DNA of 63,762 nucleotides, filler included, from Pseudovirgaria hyperparasitica (Eukaryota), in NCBI GenBank assembly GCA_010093815.1. It is 10 parts of 6 records of this genome, joined end to end, with 100 filler letters (N's around TTAATTAATTAA, not from the genome) between each part and the next. Parts side by side here need not be neighbours in the genome. Positions count along the whole stretch, not along the records: positions 33,476 to 45,405 come from ML996594.1; positions 45,506 to 47,896 come from ML996594.1; positions 47,997 to 56,020 come from ML996594.1; 7 more parts are not named here. One strand, 5' to 3'. How positions within the stretch are numbered: position 1 is the first letter of the stretch; each line of letters opens with the position of its first letter. Of this stretch, positions 40,438 through 53,400 are shown in pieces. Below the pieces are notes generated by a model that did no database searches, was not told the origin of the DNA, and saw nothing but the letters and a program-made list of their open reading frames with translations. The translations under genes and the position numbers were made by a program.

Positions 40438-40705
40438 TTACTCTAATCTATTTATATAGAGCCCTTTCTACTTTTATATCTATTCTAAGTAAATAAGAGC
40501 TTGAAAAGATAGATATAATTAGTAATTAGATATATATCTATTCTTCTATAAGTTTATTTTATTCTTATAAAGTCTCTTTAAAGAGATAAAGAAGTATCTT
40601 AAAAAGTTCTTAGAAGAGAGTCTATATAAAACTATATTAGATTCTAGAAAAACTATACTCTTTCTTTTTTATAAGAAACTAAACTCTTTTATTATAGATA
40701 TAGAG
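39720..40705. mobile_element. Foldback/MITE-like element with ~330-bp imperfect terminal inverted repeats
   Basis: 39725-40050 aligns with the reverse complement of 40355-40700, e.g. acttagaatagatataaaagtagaaag vs ctttctacttttatatctattctaagt. Confidence 0.75.
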
Positions 40706-40899
40706 AGTATAATATATAATATCTATCTTCTCTTTATTTATAGAGTATATCTTATCTCTATAGTTAAGAGAAAGATAAGTAGTAGAGATATTATAATATC
40801 TACTAATTTAGTCTATTTTATAAGATACTACTTAGTTCTATAGTATAATAAGTATATTTATAGATAATTATATACTACTTCTTCTAATACTTATACTAT

Positions 40900-41244
40900 A
40901 GTTATAAGAATAGAGTAATAGAATAATAGTATAGTTAGATAGAATAATAGAGTATATTCTATTATAGAATAAATTACTACTAAACTCTTTTAGTAGAAAT
41001 CTAAGAGTATATATATAAAGAGATACTAATTTATTTAGTATATAACTATTTACTATCTATTATACTATCTTCTAACTAAATTAGCTAAGATATATATAAG
41101 TCTAGCTTTTATCTAAGACTAAGTTCTAATAATTATTCTCTTTCTTTAGAAAACTATTCTTAATAATCTAGATTATTATCTAACTCTATAGTTTCTATTC
41201 TAAATTCTAGAAGATCTTAGTTATTTATTATACTTTAGCTTAGA
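40900..41244. repeat. Unclassified RIPed repeat X, second copy
   Basis: Colinear with 17038-17385; cut by a LINE 5' end at 41245. Confidence 0.8.
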
Positions 41245-41343
41245 ATAAAAACTTTCTATATTCTAATAGACTAAACTAGTTAATTTAAGGTAATATAGTA
41301 ATTTATATATATTAAATAATAGAGTATACTAAGTATAATAACC

Positions 41344-41385
<42 letters not shown>

Positions 41386-41791
41386 TTCCTACGGAATTAT
41401 AAAAAGATACAATGTTTTATCTAGCGCCTGCTAGCGCCCTTACCAAAACCACGATAAAAAAACTACCTTTTACTATATATTAAATTAACTAGAGCCTAAT
41501 TTAAAAATCTAGTCCCTAGTTTTATAGCTCTATCTATAATAAGTATTTTTATATACTTTTTACCCTCTATAGGGCTATACTTATAGATAAGATAGGTTTA
41601 TAAGCCTCTAGTATTACGTTTAGTAGTAGCTTAAAAATTCACACATCTTAGCCGTGGATTTTCCGGCGTGCCTTAGTACCTTAGTATCTTAGTAACGTAA
41701 ATTAAGACTACACGTAGTCTACTAGCTATAGGCTACCCTAGTATAATATATAATAATACTAATATATAGAGATACTATATATATAAGCTTA
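41245..41791 (+). mobile_element. Old LINE 5' UTR (contains a 356-bp insert; continues at 45629-46830)
   Basis: RIPed match to 58123-58295 on both sides of the insert. Confidence 0.8.
41386..41741 (+). mobile_element. Candidate non-autonomous Helitron-like element
   Basis: Inserted between host A and T with no TSD; ends CTAG; hairpin AGACTAC-AC-GTAGTCT at 41705-41720; starts TTCC. Confidence 0.6.
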
Positions 41792-44700
41792 CTATTACTT
41801 TATATATTCTATTAGGAACTTCTTATACCCTAACGGACTAAACTAGTCAATTCGGGGTAAAACAGCGATTTACATACATTAAATAATAGAGTATACCGAG
41901 TATAATAACCTCCGACATATGTATGTACGTATAGTGTATAATACGCGACGATACTAACGTATAGAGATACTATATATATACGCTCGAAGACTCTTCGATA
42001 ACACGAGTATAGACTATATCTAATAAACGCCGATATACCGACCCCCTTTTATTAGTTAAGGGCTACCCTTAACTAATAACCATAGCGGCCTTAGGCATTA
42101 TAATACCCTAGTATACGCTAGATATACCCCTACTAGTACGGTAGAAACGGCTATATAGCGACATTAATATAGATAGCTAGACACCTATCTAAAATATAGG
42201 AACTAACTAAGGGTGCGAAGTACTATAGATAACCTAGACCGAGGGGACCCCGAGAGGGGAGACCCTCCTAGATAAAATTAAATACTAGATAATATATATA
42301 GAGAGGGACGCCAAGAAGGGAAAGAAGACCCTCCTTTATATATTCCGGGACCTTATCCGGAACCTAAGAGGAATTATAGAGAAAGAAAGAAAGTCGCCAC
42401 AAGAGGAACCTAGTAGTAGACTCAACCGAATAGAAGCTAGCCTACAGAGAATCTAGGAAGAGCTATCCTAAGGTAAGCGCCCTAACACGTAGGCTTAGAT
42501 TATAGTAATACCCGGAGCTACCGCACTAAGAACTACTAGAACTATAGATAGAGTATATAGTATACGTATTATAATCTAGAATAAGAATACGCTAGCGTAG
42601 GTCTAACGGGTATCCCTAAAGGAAATTATAAATAAGATTAATAAATAGAAAGAAATATAGTCAAGCATCGTGGCTACTAAAGTTACGCTAGATAGGGTAG
42701 TACTTACTACTATAATAAATACTACATAGTAAAACATCTCGCGAGATCCAAACGCGATAGGTAGTATCTTCCCCAGCGCGTCTATTAGAGTAGCTATATA
42801 CCCGATTATAGTACACGTAGTACCCATACAGGGATAGGCTATTAGAGCGGAGGATATTACGTGTATAGAATAATCTAATACGCGAAAATACCTAGGGATT
42901 AAGATTATAAAAGCGTGGTAGAAGAACCTATAGACGATTAAGACGACGGCGAAAAAACACTCTACTATAATTATAGAGCTCCGAGACCCCGCCCTTATAT
43001 AACATATTATATAGAAGGGATTCCTAATAGAAGGAGAGCTCCTTATAGCCGAGCCATAGAATAGGGTATAGGTAATAATATAGTACTTTAACTATTAAGG
43101 GTATAGATATACTATATAAAGGTACTTATAGAAGACTAAGTATAGATAGTACCGTGGGGACCACGCTATCTAGAAGTACCCTTATAAACCGCGAGGAGAC
43201 GGACTAAGAAATAGAGATATAGTATAGTATTTAAACTACGATAGGAAATACCCGTCGTGGTCGTTAACGTATATAAAATGTAAATAGATTATAGAATATA
43301 TTCGTATGATAAAAGCGAGAGACACGAGATGGTTATAGAATATAATATCTACCACGAGCCCTTCCTTTATAATACCCCTAACCTCCCCTCTAGAAGATAG
43401 TTAGATAGGATAGTAGACTATCCTAAAGACGATAGAACGACTAAAAGGTATAGTTAAAGCCGCTACCGCGCAAGGATAGTCGCGCCTCTAAGGAATAAGT
43501 ATATAGATATATATACTCTCTAGTATCTAATAAGGGACTAGAATATACTCCGAATTATATAGGTAAATATATAATATAAAAGAGAGAACTAGGCGACGCT
43601 CCTTAAAGAGACTAGGGCTATAATACTCGCTATCTAGGAACCCTATAAATACTACTAGACGAGTAAACTAACNNNNNNNNNNNNNNNNNNNNNNNNNNNN
43701 NNNNNNNNNNNNNNNNNNNNNNNNNNNNNNNNNNNNNNNNNNNNNNNNNNNNNNNNNNNNNNNNNNNNNNNNNNNNNNNNNNNNNNNNNNNNNNNNNNNN
43801 NNNNNNNNNNNNNNNNNNNNNNNNNNNNNNNNNNNNNNNNNNNNNNNNNNNNNNNNNNNNNNNNNNNNNNNNNNNNNNNNNNNNNNNNNNNNNNNNNNNN
43901 NNNNNNNNNNNNNNNNNNNNNNNNNNNNNNNNNNNNNNNNNNNNNNNNNNNNNNNNNNNNNNNNNNNNNNNNNNNNNNNNNNNNNNNNNNNNNNNNNNNN
44001 NNNNNNNNNNNNNNNNNNNNNNNNNNNNNNNNNNNNNNNNNNNNNNNNNNNNNNNNNNNNNNNNNNNNNNNNNNNNNNNNNNNNNNNNNNNNNNNNNNNN
44101 NNNNNNNNNNNNNNNNNNNNNNNNNNNNNNNNNNNNNNNNNNNNNNNNNNNNNNNNNNNNNNNNNNNNNNNNNNNNNNNNNNNNNNNNNNNNNNNNNNNN
44201 NNNNNNNNNNNNGGCTAGGTATAGACGGATTCCGACTATAAATATATAGAAACTATAATAAACGTATATACCCCGAATAAATAACGGGGACGATAGATAT
44301 AGAAGGATACTAACTAGGAAAAGTACCTAAAGAATCTAGAATCGGTGATTCTAGATCCCTCTATAGTCGATGTATCTAACGACCTAGCCATAGACTAGGC
44401 CGTATAGATACTCCTATAAATATACTAGAATACGAGAAATAAACACGTACTATACCGAATATACCGGCCCCTAGAAGCAAAGGGGATTCCTTAAGTATAG
44501 GAAAGTAGATAAGACGCCTAAAGGCTATATAGACGTGTATACCGTATAAGAACACCCGAGTCGTAGAAAGAATAGAAGGAAGCGATACGATAACGCGATA
44601 AAGTCCTCTATAATAAAAGGCGTAAATAGTAGCGTATAATTACTAGTTAATAGACACGATATATAATAGGGCTATGGCGTATAGCGAAATAGGCTAAGGG

Positions 44701-45601
44701 CGTAGACACTCCGATACCCCTACTACTTATGCCTCCCCTAATATATTAGGGGAGAATATACTCTACGGGCCTTAAGAAAACTAAGGCTCTATAGGAGGCT
44801 ATATTCCCTCTCCCGGAACCAGTAGACCTATTAGACGTTTACGGCGCCGAATACCTATACGCGGTAGATATCCCTAAAGAAGTTATAGAGAAGGATATAC
44901 TTAATATTATTAAGATACTCCTAAATAATAAAGCACCTAGACTAGATAGAATTCTAAATCGATACCTAAAAAGCACTATAAAAGCGACCCTACTACTTAT
45001 TACTTATATATTCTAAGCATGCGTCACGTAGGGGTACCACCCCTAGAGCTTCTAAGTCGCCTATACTATTATACTCCTAAAGCTAGAAAAGAGCCCTAAC
45101 TCCCTAAAGGGATAGAGACTAATCGCCCTTCTCTTCTACCTAGGTAAGATACTAGAGACTATAATAGCGAAGAAGATAAGTACCGCGGTATAGGAATATA
45201 ATCTTCTCCCTCCGAACTAGAAGGTAAAGGTAGATAGCTCTCTAATAATAGCTATCTAATATATTATTAAAGTCGTCTAGGCCATATAGAAATAGGGACG
45301 GGTAGTATTACTCCTCTCCCTCGATATAGCCGGAGCGTTTAATAAGGTAAACTATATAAGACTTATTTATAACCTCCGGATAAGATAAATACTAGAATAG
45401 ATTATNNNNNNNNNNNNNNNNNNNNNNNNNNNNNNNNNNNNNNNNNNNNTTAATTAATTAANNNNNNNNNNNNNNNNNNNNNNNNNNNNNNNNNNNNNNN
45501 NNNNNATAAGGAAGTTTTTCCCTATAGGGTTTCTTCTTATATAGTGGCTTAGACTAGAGAAGGCATAGGCCTATAGAGTACTACTCTACCTAGTTATATA
45601 A

Positions 45602-45628
<27 letters not shown>
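41792..45628 (+). mobile_element. LINE (type B) with both ends, gaps inside
   Basis: TSD tatatatataagctta at 41776-41791 and 45629-45644; 25 nt of extra 5' sequence. Confidence 0.9.
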
Positions 45629-45639
<11 letters not shown>

Positions 45640-46830
45640 GCTTAAAGATCTCTTAATAATATAAGTATAGACTATAACTAATAAATACTAATATACTAAT
45701 CCCCTTTTATTAGTTAAGAATAGCCCTTAACTAATATCTATAGTAGTCTTAGATATTACTATACTCTAGTATATACTAGATATACCCCTACTAGTATAGT
45801 AGAAATAGCTATATTATAATATTAATATAGATAGCTAGATATCTATCTAAAATATAGAAACTAACTAAGAGTATAAAGTACTATAGATAACTTAGACTAA
45901 GAAGACTCTAAGAGAGATAACCCTTCTAGATAAGATTAAATACTAGATAATATATATAGAGAGAGATACTAAGAAGAAAAAGAAGATCCTTCTTTATATA
46001 TTCTAGAATCTTATCTAGAATCTTAGAGAAATTATAGAGAAAGAAAGAAAGTTACTATAAGAGAAATCTAGTAGTAGACTTAACTAAATAGAAGCTAGTC
46101 TATAGAGAATCTAGAAAGAGCTATTCTAAGGTAAGCGCCCTAATATATAGATATAGATAGTAGTAATATCTAGAACTACTATACTAAGGACTACTAGAAC
46201 TATAGATAGAGTATATAGTATATATATTATAATTTAGAATAAGAATATACTAGTATAGATCTAATAAGTATCTCTAAAGAAAATTATAAATAAGATTAAT
46301 AAATAGAAAGAAATATAGTTAAATATTATAGCTACTAAGGTTACGCTAGAAGGGGTAGTACTTACTATTATAATAAATACTATATAATAAAATATCTTAT
46401 AAGATCTAAATATAATAGATAGTATCTTTTCTAGTATATCTATTAGAGCGACTATATATCTAATCTAGATATATATAGTATCTATATAGAGATAGACTAT
46501 TAGAATAGAGAATATTATATATATAGAATAATTAAATATATAAAAATACTCTAGAAATAAGATTATAAAGGTATAATAGAAGAATCTATAGAGGATTAAG
46601 ATAAAAGTTAAAAAATACTCTACTATAATTGTAGAGCTTTAGAACTCTACTCTTATATAATATATTATATAGAAGAGATTTCTAGTAGAAGATAAGCTTC
46701 TTATAGCTAAACTATAGAATAGAGTATAGATAATAATATAGTACTTTAACTATTAAGAATATAGATATACTATATAGAGATATTTATAGAAATCTAAGTA
46801 TAGATAGTACTATAGAGACTATACTATCTT
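45629..46830 (+). mobile_element. Old LINE 5' UTR/ORF1 continuation
   Basis: Palindrome at ~45707; colinear with type B ORF1; heavily RIPed. Confidence 0.87.
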
Positions 46831-47551
46831 ATATTATAGACTTTAGCTTTATCTTATCTCTAGTATTATATAATAAAGTCGAAATAGATAAGACTAGTAT
46901 AGAGGTATTACGTAATCTCCCTTAATACTATACTTAAGCTATAATCTATATAGGGTTATATCTACTTCTTAAGTTAAATTATAATATATTTTAATTACTA
47001 TTATAGTAATACCTTAGTTATATCTATTATATTAATTTAACTTTAATTATCTCTTTCTATATATAGTCTTATAGTATAAGATAGTCTTAATCTATAAGAC
47101 TCTAATCTAATGTAGTAACTCTTTAACTTCTTTCTTAGCTTTTAGAATAAGATATAGTCTATCTATAAGTCTATTATAGCTATCTAAGTAGTAAGTAAGT
47201 CTTAGATATCTAATATTAAATATAGTATCTATATAGCTCTATAATATATTAATACCTACCTTCTTATAGTTAAGTTATATAGCTATACTTCTACTATATT
47301 AATCTATAGTAACTTATCTCTACTCTAGTCTAATCTCTCTCTAGTAGTAGTCTAATATCTATATAGATCTAAACTAGTCTTTTCTATATATACTTCTACT
47401 TTACTACTATCTATACTATATATTATACTTAACTAGCCTTCTAAGAGAAAGTCTCTCTCTCTTAGTAATCTATATAATAGATCTAAGACTCTCTTTTATA
47501 TATAGTCTATTATAATATAGTATAAGATTATCTAGAATACTATAAGAATTA

Positions 47552-47821
47552 TATGAAAAGGGCAGGTATAAATAGATATATAATATTCCTTATATAAGGA
47601 ATATATATCTAAATAGAGTTATATAATAGAATCTAGCTATAATAGACTATTATATAATAAACGGATCGGCGGAGTATAGCTTAAAGATAATAAGAATATA
47701 GTATAATTCTTAAAGTAAAGACTAGATAGAGAGAGAACTAAATACATAGAGAGACCGTTCCTTATATATTCCTTCTTATATATTCTAGATACTTCTCTTA
47801 ATTAATAATAGGAATCTTCTA
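47552..47821 (+). repeat. LTR-like repeat B, truncated
   Basis: Starts TATGAAAAGGGCAGG (TGTGAAAAGGGCAGG at 56213, minus strand); uninterrupted across both LINE target sites. Confidence 0.85.
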
Positions 47822-47996
47822 TAAACTTAACCTCTACTATATCTAATAAGTTTATATAAGGTATTTCCTTATTAGGAATAGCTTAATATTAGTAATNNNN
47901 NNNNNNNNNNNNNNNNNNNNNNNNNNNNNNNNNNNNNNNNTTAATTAATTAANNNNNNNNNNNNNNNNNNNNNNNNNNNNNNNNNNNNNNNNNNNN

Positions 47997-50460
47997 ATCT
48001 ATAAGATCTAGTACTTAGATTATCTCTCTTATAGAGATATAGTATAATATCTTTATAGATCTATCTAGAACTATAAGTAAACTATTATAAATATATCTAA
48101 AATACTTACTTAGAGATAGATCTATAATAAAGTCTATTAATAATTTCTTTTATATCTTCTTTAGTATAGGTAATAGTCTTAATTTACTATATAGTAAGTA
48201 TCTATATACTTTTATATACTTATAAATATTATATATTTTTATATAGTCCTTTATATATTTATAAAGACCTAGCTAGTTATATATTCTTTAGATTAAATTA
48301 ACTATTCTTATAATACTAAAGTATTCTACTAGCGTGTAATTATACTATTCTCTTAAAATATTAATTTATAAGCCGCCTTCTAGTATATAGAGTTGGCCTT
48401 AGAAGTAGATTATATCTAATTATTATTTCTATCTTAATAACTATAGTAGATCTATAGTACTTTCTTTTATACTTATAACTTTCTTTACTAATATATTAGA
48501 ATTCTAGATAGATTTAATTAAGTCTTTAAGAGTTTTATTAGTTTCTTAGATATTTATTTAGATTACTTAATACCCGCTCTAATTTCTATAGAGAATTACT
48601 AAAAGTATCCTAGCTTCTAGTATTCTATTAGATAACTAGTCTTATAGTATCTATAGTATAGTATAGTCTAAATTATACTAACTATCTACGTTATTCTATA
48701 ATAATTTCTTATAATCTTTATACCGCGATAGAGAATTAGCTTTATTCTCTCTTCTAGTTTTATATAAGATTTTAAAGTTAAATATTAATATCTACTTAGT
48801 CTAATATACTTATTAGTAATTAAGAACCTTAGTTAATATAAAGTAATATAGATTTATATAATCTAATAATAATTTAATCTAATATATAGAACCTTCTAAA
48901 TAATATTACTATTACTTAAAACTCTTACTAATTATAAGTAGTTTCTAGTTATACGTATTATAATATATCTCTATATCTACTATTTTATAGAAAAAGAAGA
49001 TAACTAGGTACTATTATACCTTATCTTTTATATTCTTATATAGTTAACTAATAATTCTAGTAATTATAAATTCTAATATATTAGTTCTAACCTAAATATA
49101 CTTCTTAGAATTAAAATACCTAAGAATTAGTATAGTTATAAAGTAATTCTTTAATAATTAGAATATATCTTATACTTCTAGTATTAACTATATCTTAACT
49201 AACTTAGCTTTATACTATACTCGCCTATCTATAGAGATTTTACTACTATTCTTAGTAAGTTTATTAAGTAGTACTATAATTTATAAGAAGTCTATAATAA
49301 ATTTATAATAATAGTTTATAAAACCTATAAACGTTCTAATTTAATATATAGTAGTAGGTTCTAGCTACTCTATAATAGTCTTTATATACTCTAGCTCTAT
49401 TTTTAGACTACTATATATTATAATAAAGCTAAGGAATCTAACTTCTTATTAGTAGAACTTATATTTAGATAATTTTATATAGATTTTATACTACCTTAGA
49501 TAATTTAGTACTAATTTTATATATTCTTTATAATTCTATATACTATTAGAGTAAATTAGTATATTATTAAGATAAACTATATAAATTATATTAAGTAATT
49601 CTATAAGTATAGTATTAATATATTCTTAAAACGCTTCTAGCGTACCTATTAGCCCGAATAGTATAATAGTATACTTAAAATAACTATATCTAGTCTAAAA
49701 TGCGGTTTTCTACTTATCTCCGTAATAAATTTAAAGCTAGTAATATATATCTTATAAATTTAGCTTTATAAAGTACTTTACCTTTATTAATTAGTCTAAA
49801 GATTTACTAACTAGCAGTAATAGATAATAATTCTTCTTAGTTACTATATTTAGTATCTAATAGTTAACATATAGATATAAACTTCTATCTTTCTTCTTTA
49901 TAAAGAGAATAGATATACTAGCTAATAATATACTATAATATATCTAGTCTCTTCCGAGGTATTCTTTAATATATTTATAAAGAACTTTAAGTTCTAGTCT
50001 TAAAAGTAGATAAAGTAGACTATAAGAGATATCTACTCCCTCTTTAAGCTTAATCTTTAGCTTATATAGTTCGTAATTAGAGAGAAGTAATATATCTTCT
50101 ACTAAAAATATATCTATATACTATAAATATATATTAGATAGTATATCTTTACTCTAATTATTACTATTATCCTTATCTTTATTAATAATTAATAGAGATA
50201 TAAGATAGATTAGTAATAATTAAGTCTATATAGTAAGATTCTATACCTTCTTACTAATAGTTATAACTTACTAGTATAGTTTACTATAATATTAATAGAA
50301 CGTTAATATCTTCTTCTAAAAATTAAGAATAGAGTTTAGATATTTAAGCTAAGGTATTCTAAGAATTATATTCTATTAGCTAATATTAGCTATAATAAAT
50401 TTATTAGATATCTACTATTTTATTATCTTTAAGTTATAAACTTTATAATTTATTATAGAT
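47997..50460 (-). mobile_element. Second Ty3/Gypsy pol relic (family C)
   Basis: Minus-strand ILFIKKKD, WKTAF.TRY.. and PFGL motifs at ~49630-49910; RNase H and integrase relics; sequence distinct from Gypsy A. Confidence 0.85.
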
Positions 50461-53400
50461 AGAAAAACTTCTTACACCCTAACGGACCAAACTAGTTAAT
50501 TTAGGGTAAAACAGCGATTTACATACATTAAACGATAGAGTATACTAAGTATAATAACCTCCGACATACGTGCGTACATATAGTATATAATACGCGATAA
50601 TACCGACGTATAGAGATACTATATATATACGCTTAAAGACTCTTTAATAACACGAGTATAGACTATATCTAATAAATGCTAATATGCCGACCCCCTTTTA
50701 TTAGTTAAGGGCTACCCTTAACTAATAACCATAGCGGCCTTAGGCATCGTAATACCCTAGTATACGCCGGATATACCCCCACTAGTACGGTAGAAACGGC
50801 CATATAGCGATATTAATATAGATAGCTAGACACCTATCTAAAATATAGGAACTAACTAAGGGTACGAAGCACTATAGATAACCTAGACCAAGAGGACCCC
50901 AAGAGGGGAGACCCTCCTAGATAAAATTAAATACTAGGTAATACATATAGAGAGGGACGCCGAGGAGGGAAAGAAGACCCTCCTTTATATATTCCAGGAC
51001 CTTATCCAGAACCTAAGAGGAATTATAGAGGAAGAAAGGAAGTCGCCACGAGAGGAACCTAGTAGTAGGCTCGACCGAATAGAAGCTAGCCTACGGAGAA
51101 TCTAGGAAGAGCTATTCTAAGGTAAGCGCCCTAACACGTAGGCTTAGATTATAGTAATACCCGGAGCTACCGCACTAAGAACTACTAGGACTATAGATAG
51201 AGTATATAGTATATATATCGTAATCTAGAATAAGAATACGCTAGCGTAGGTCCAACGGGCATCCCTAAAGGAAATTATAAATAAGATTAATAAATAGAAA
51301 GGAATATAGTCGAGCGTCGTGGCTACTAAAGTTACGCTAGATAGGGTAGTACTTACTACTATAATAAATACTACGTAGTAAAACATCTCGCGAGATCCAA
51401 ACGCGATAGGTAGTATCTTCCCCGGCGCGTCTATTAGGGTAGCTATATACCCGATTATAGTACACGTAGTACCCGTGCGGGGATAGGCTATTAGAGCGGA
51501 GGATATTACGTGTATAGAATAATCTAATACGCGAAAATACCTAGGGATTAAGATTATAAAAGCGTGGTAGAAGAACCTATAGACGATTAAGACAACGGCG
51601 AAAAAACACTCTACTATAATTATAGAGCTCCGAGACCCCGCCCTCATATAACATATTATATAGAAGGGATTCCTAATAGAAGGAGAGCTCCTTATAGCCG
51701 AGCCATAGAATAGAGTATAGATAATAATATAGTACTTTAACTATTAAGGGTATAGATATACTATATAAAGGTACTTATAGAAGACTAAGTACAGATAGTA
51801 CCGTAGGGACCACACTACCTAGAAGTACCCTTATAAACCGCGAGGAGACGGACTAAGAAACAGAGATATAGTATAGTATTTAAACTACAACAGGAAACAC
51901 CCGTCGTGGTCGTTAACGTATATAAAACGTAAATAGATCATAGAATATATTCGTACGATAAAAGCAAGAGACACGAGATAGTTATAGAATATAATACCTA
52001 CCACGAGCCCTTCCTTTATAACACCCCTAACCTCCCCTCCAGAAGATAGTTAGACAGGATAGTAGACTATCCTAAAGACGATAGAACGACTAAAAGGTAT
52101 AGTTAAAGCCGCTACCGCGCAAGGATAGTCGCGCCTCTAAGGAATAAGTATATAGATATATATACTCCCTAGTACCTAATAAGGGACTAGAATATACTCC
52201 AAATTATATAGGTAAACATATAATATAAAAGAGAGAACTAGGCGACGCTCCTTAAAGAGACCAGGGCTATAATACTCGCTATCTAGGAACCCTATAAACA
52301 CTACTAGACGAGTAAACCAACCACACACCCCGGATACCATACTATACACCCTCTAAAACTAGAAAGACGAGTCCTCTTCCACATTTATAGGTTAATACTA
52401 CTCTTATTATAGTCATATACCGAGCGCAATAACCTTAGAATAATACTACACCTATAAATAGATATAGGCCCCCTATATATATATAATATATATAACTAAT
52501 AACGTATACTTATACTAGACGAGATACTTAAGGGTACTACGGAACTAGGGTAATATATCCTNNNNNNNNNNNNNNNNNNNNNNNNNNNNNNNNNNNNNNN
52601 NNNNNNNNNNNNNNNNNNNNNNNNNNNNNNNNNNNNNNNNNNNNNNNNNNNNNNNNNNNNNNNNNNNNNNNNNNNNNNNNNNNNNNNNNNNNNNNNGGGA
52701 TAGGCTATTAGAGCGGAGGATATTACGTGTATAGAATAATCTAATACGCGAAAATACCTAGGGATTAAGATTATAAAAGCGTGGTAGAAGAACCTATAGG
52801 CGATTAAGATAACGGCGAAAAAACACTCTACTATAATTATAGAGCTCCGAGACCCCGCCCTCATATAATATATTATATAGAAGGGATTCCTAATAGAAGG
52901 AGAGCTCCTTATAGCCGAGCTATAGGATAGAGTATAGATAATAATATAGTACTTTAACTATTAAGGGTATAGATATACTATATAAAGGTACTTATAGAAG
53001 ACTAAGTGCGGATAGTACCGTAGGGACTATACTACCTAGGAGTACCCTTATAAACCGCGAGGAGACGGACTAAGAAACAGGGATATAGTATAGTATTTAA
53101 ACTACAACGGGAAACACCCGTCGTGGTCGTTAACGTGTATAAAACGTAAATAGGTCATAGAATATATTCGTACGATAAAAGCAAGAGGCGCGAGATAGTT
53201 ATAGAATATAATACCTACCACGAGCCCTTCCTTTATAACACCCCTAACCTCCCCTCCGGAAGGTAGTTAGGCGGGATAGTAGACTATTCTAAAGACGATA
53301 GAACGACTAAAAGGTATAGTTAAAGCCGCTACCGCGCGAGGATAGTCGCGCCTCTAAGGAATAAGTATATAGATATATATACTCCCTAGTACCTAATAAG

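Noticed and set aside
41348..41382. (TA)n microsatellites (also ~40405 and ~25730)
   Set aside because: Derived from RIP of CA/TG/CG-alternating TE sequence plus slippage
33476..45405. Starship-type giant transposon carrying the transporter
   Set aside because: No tyrosine-recombinase captain or element boundary is recognisable in the window
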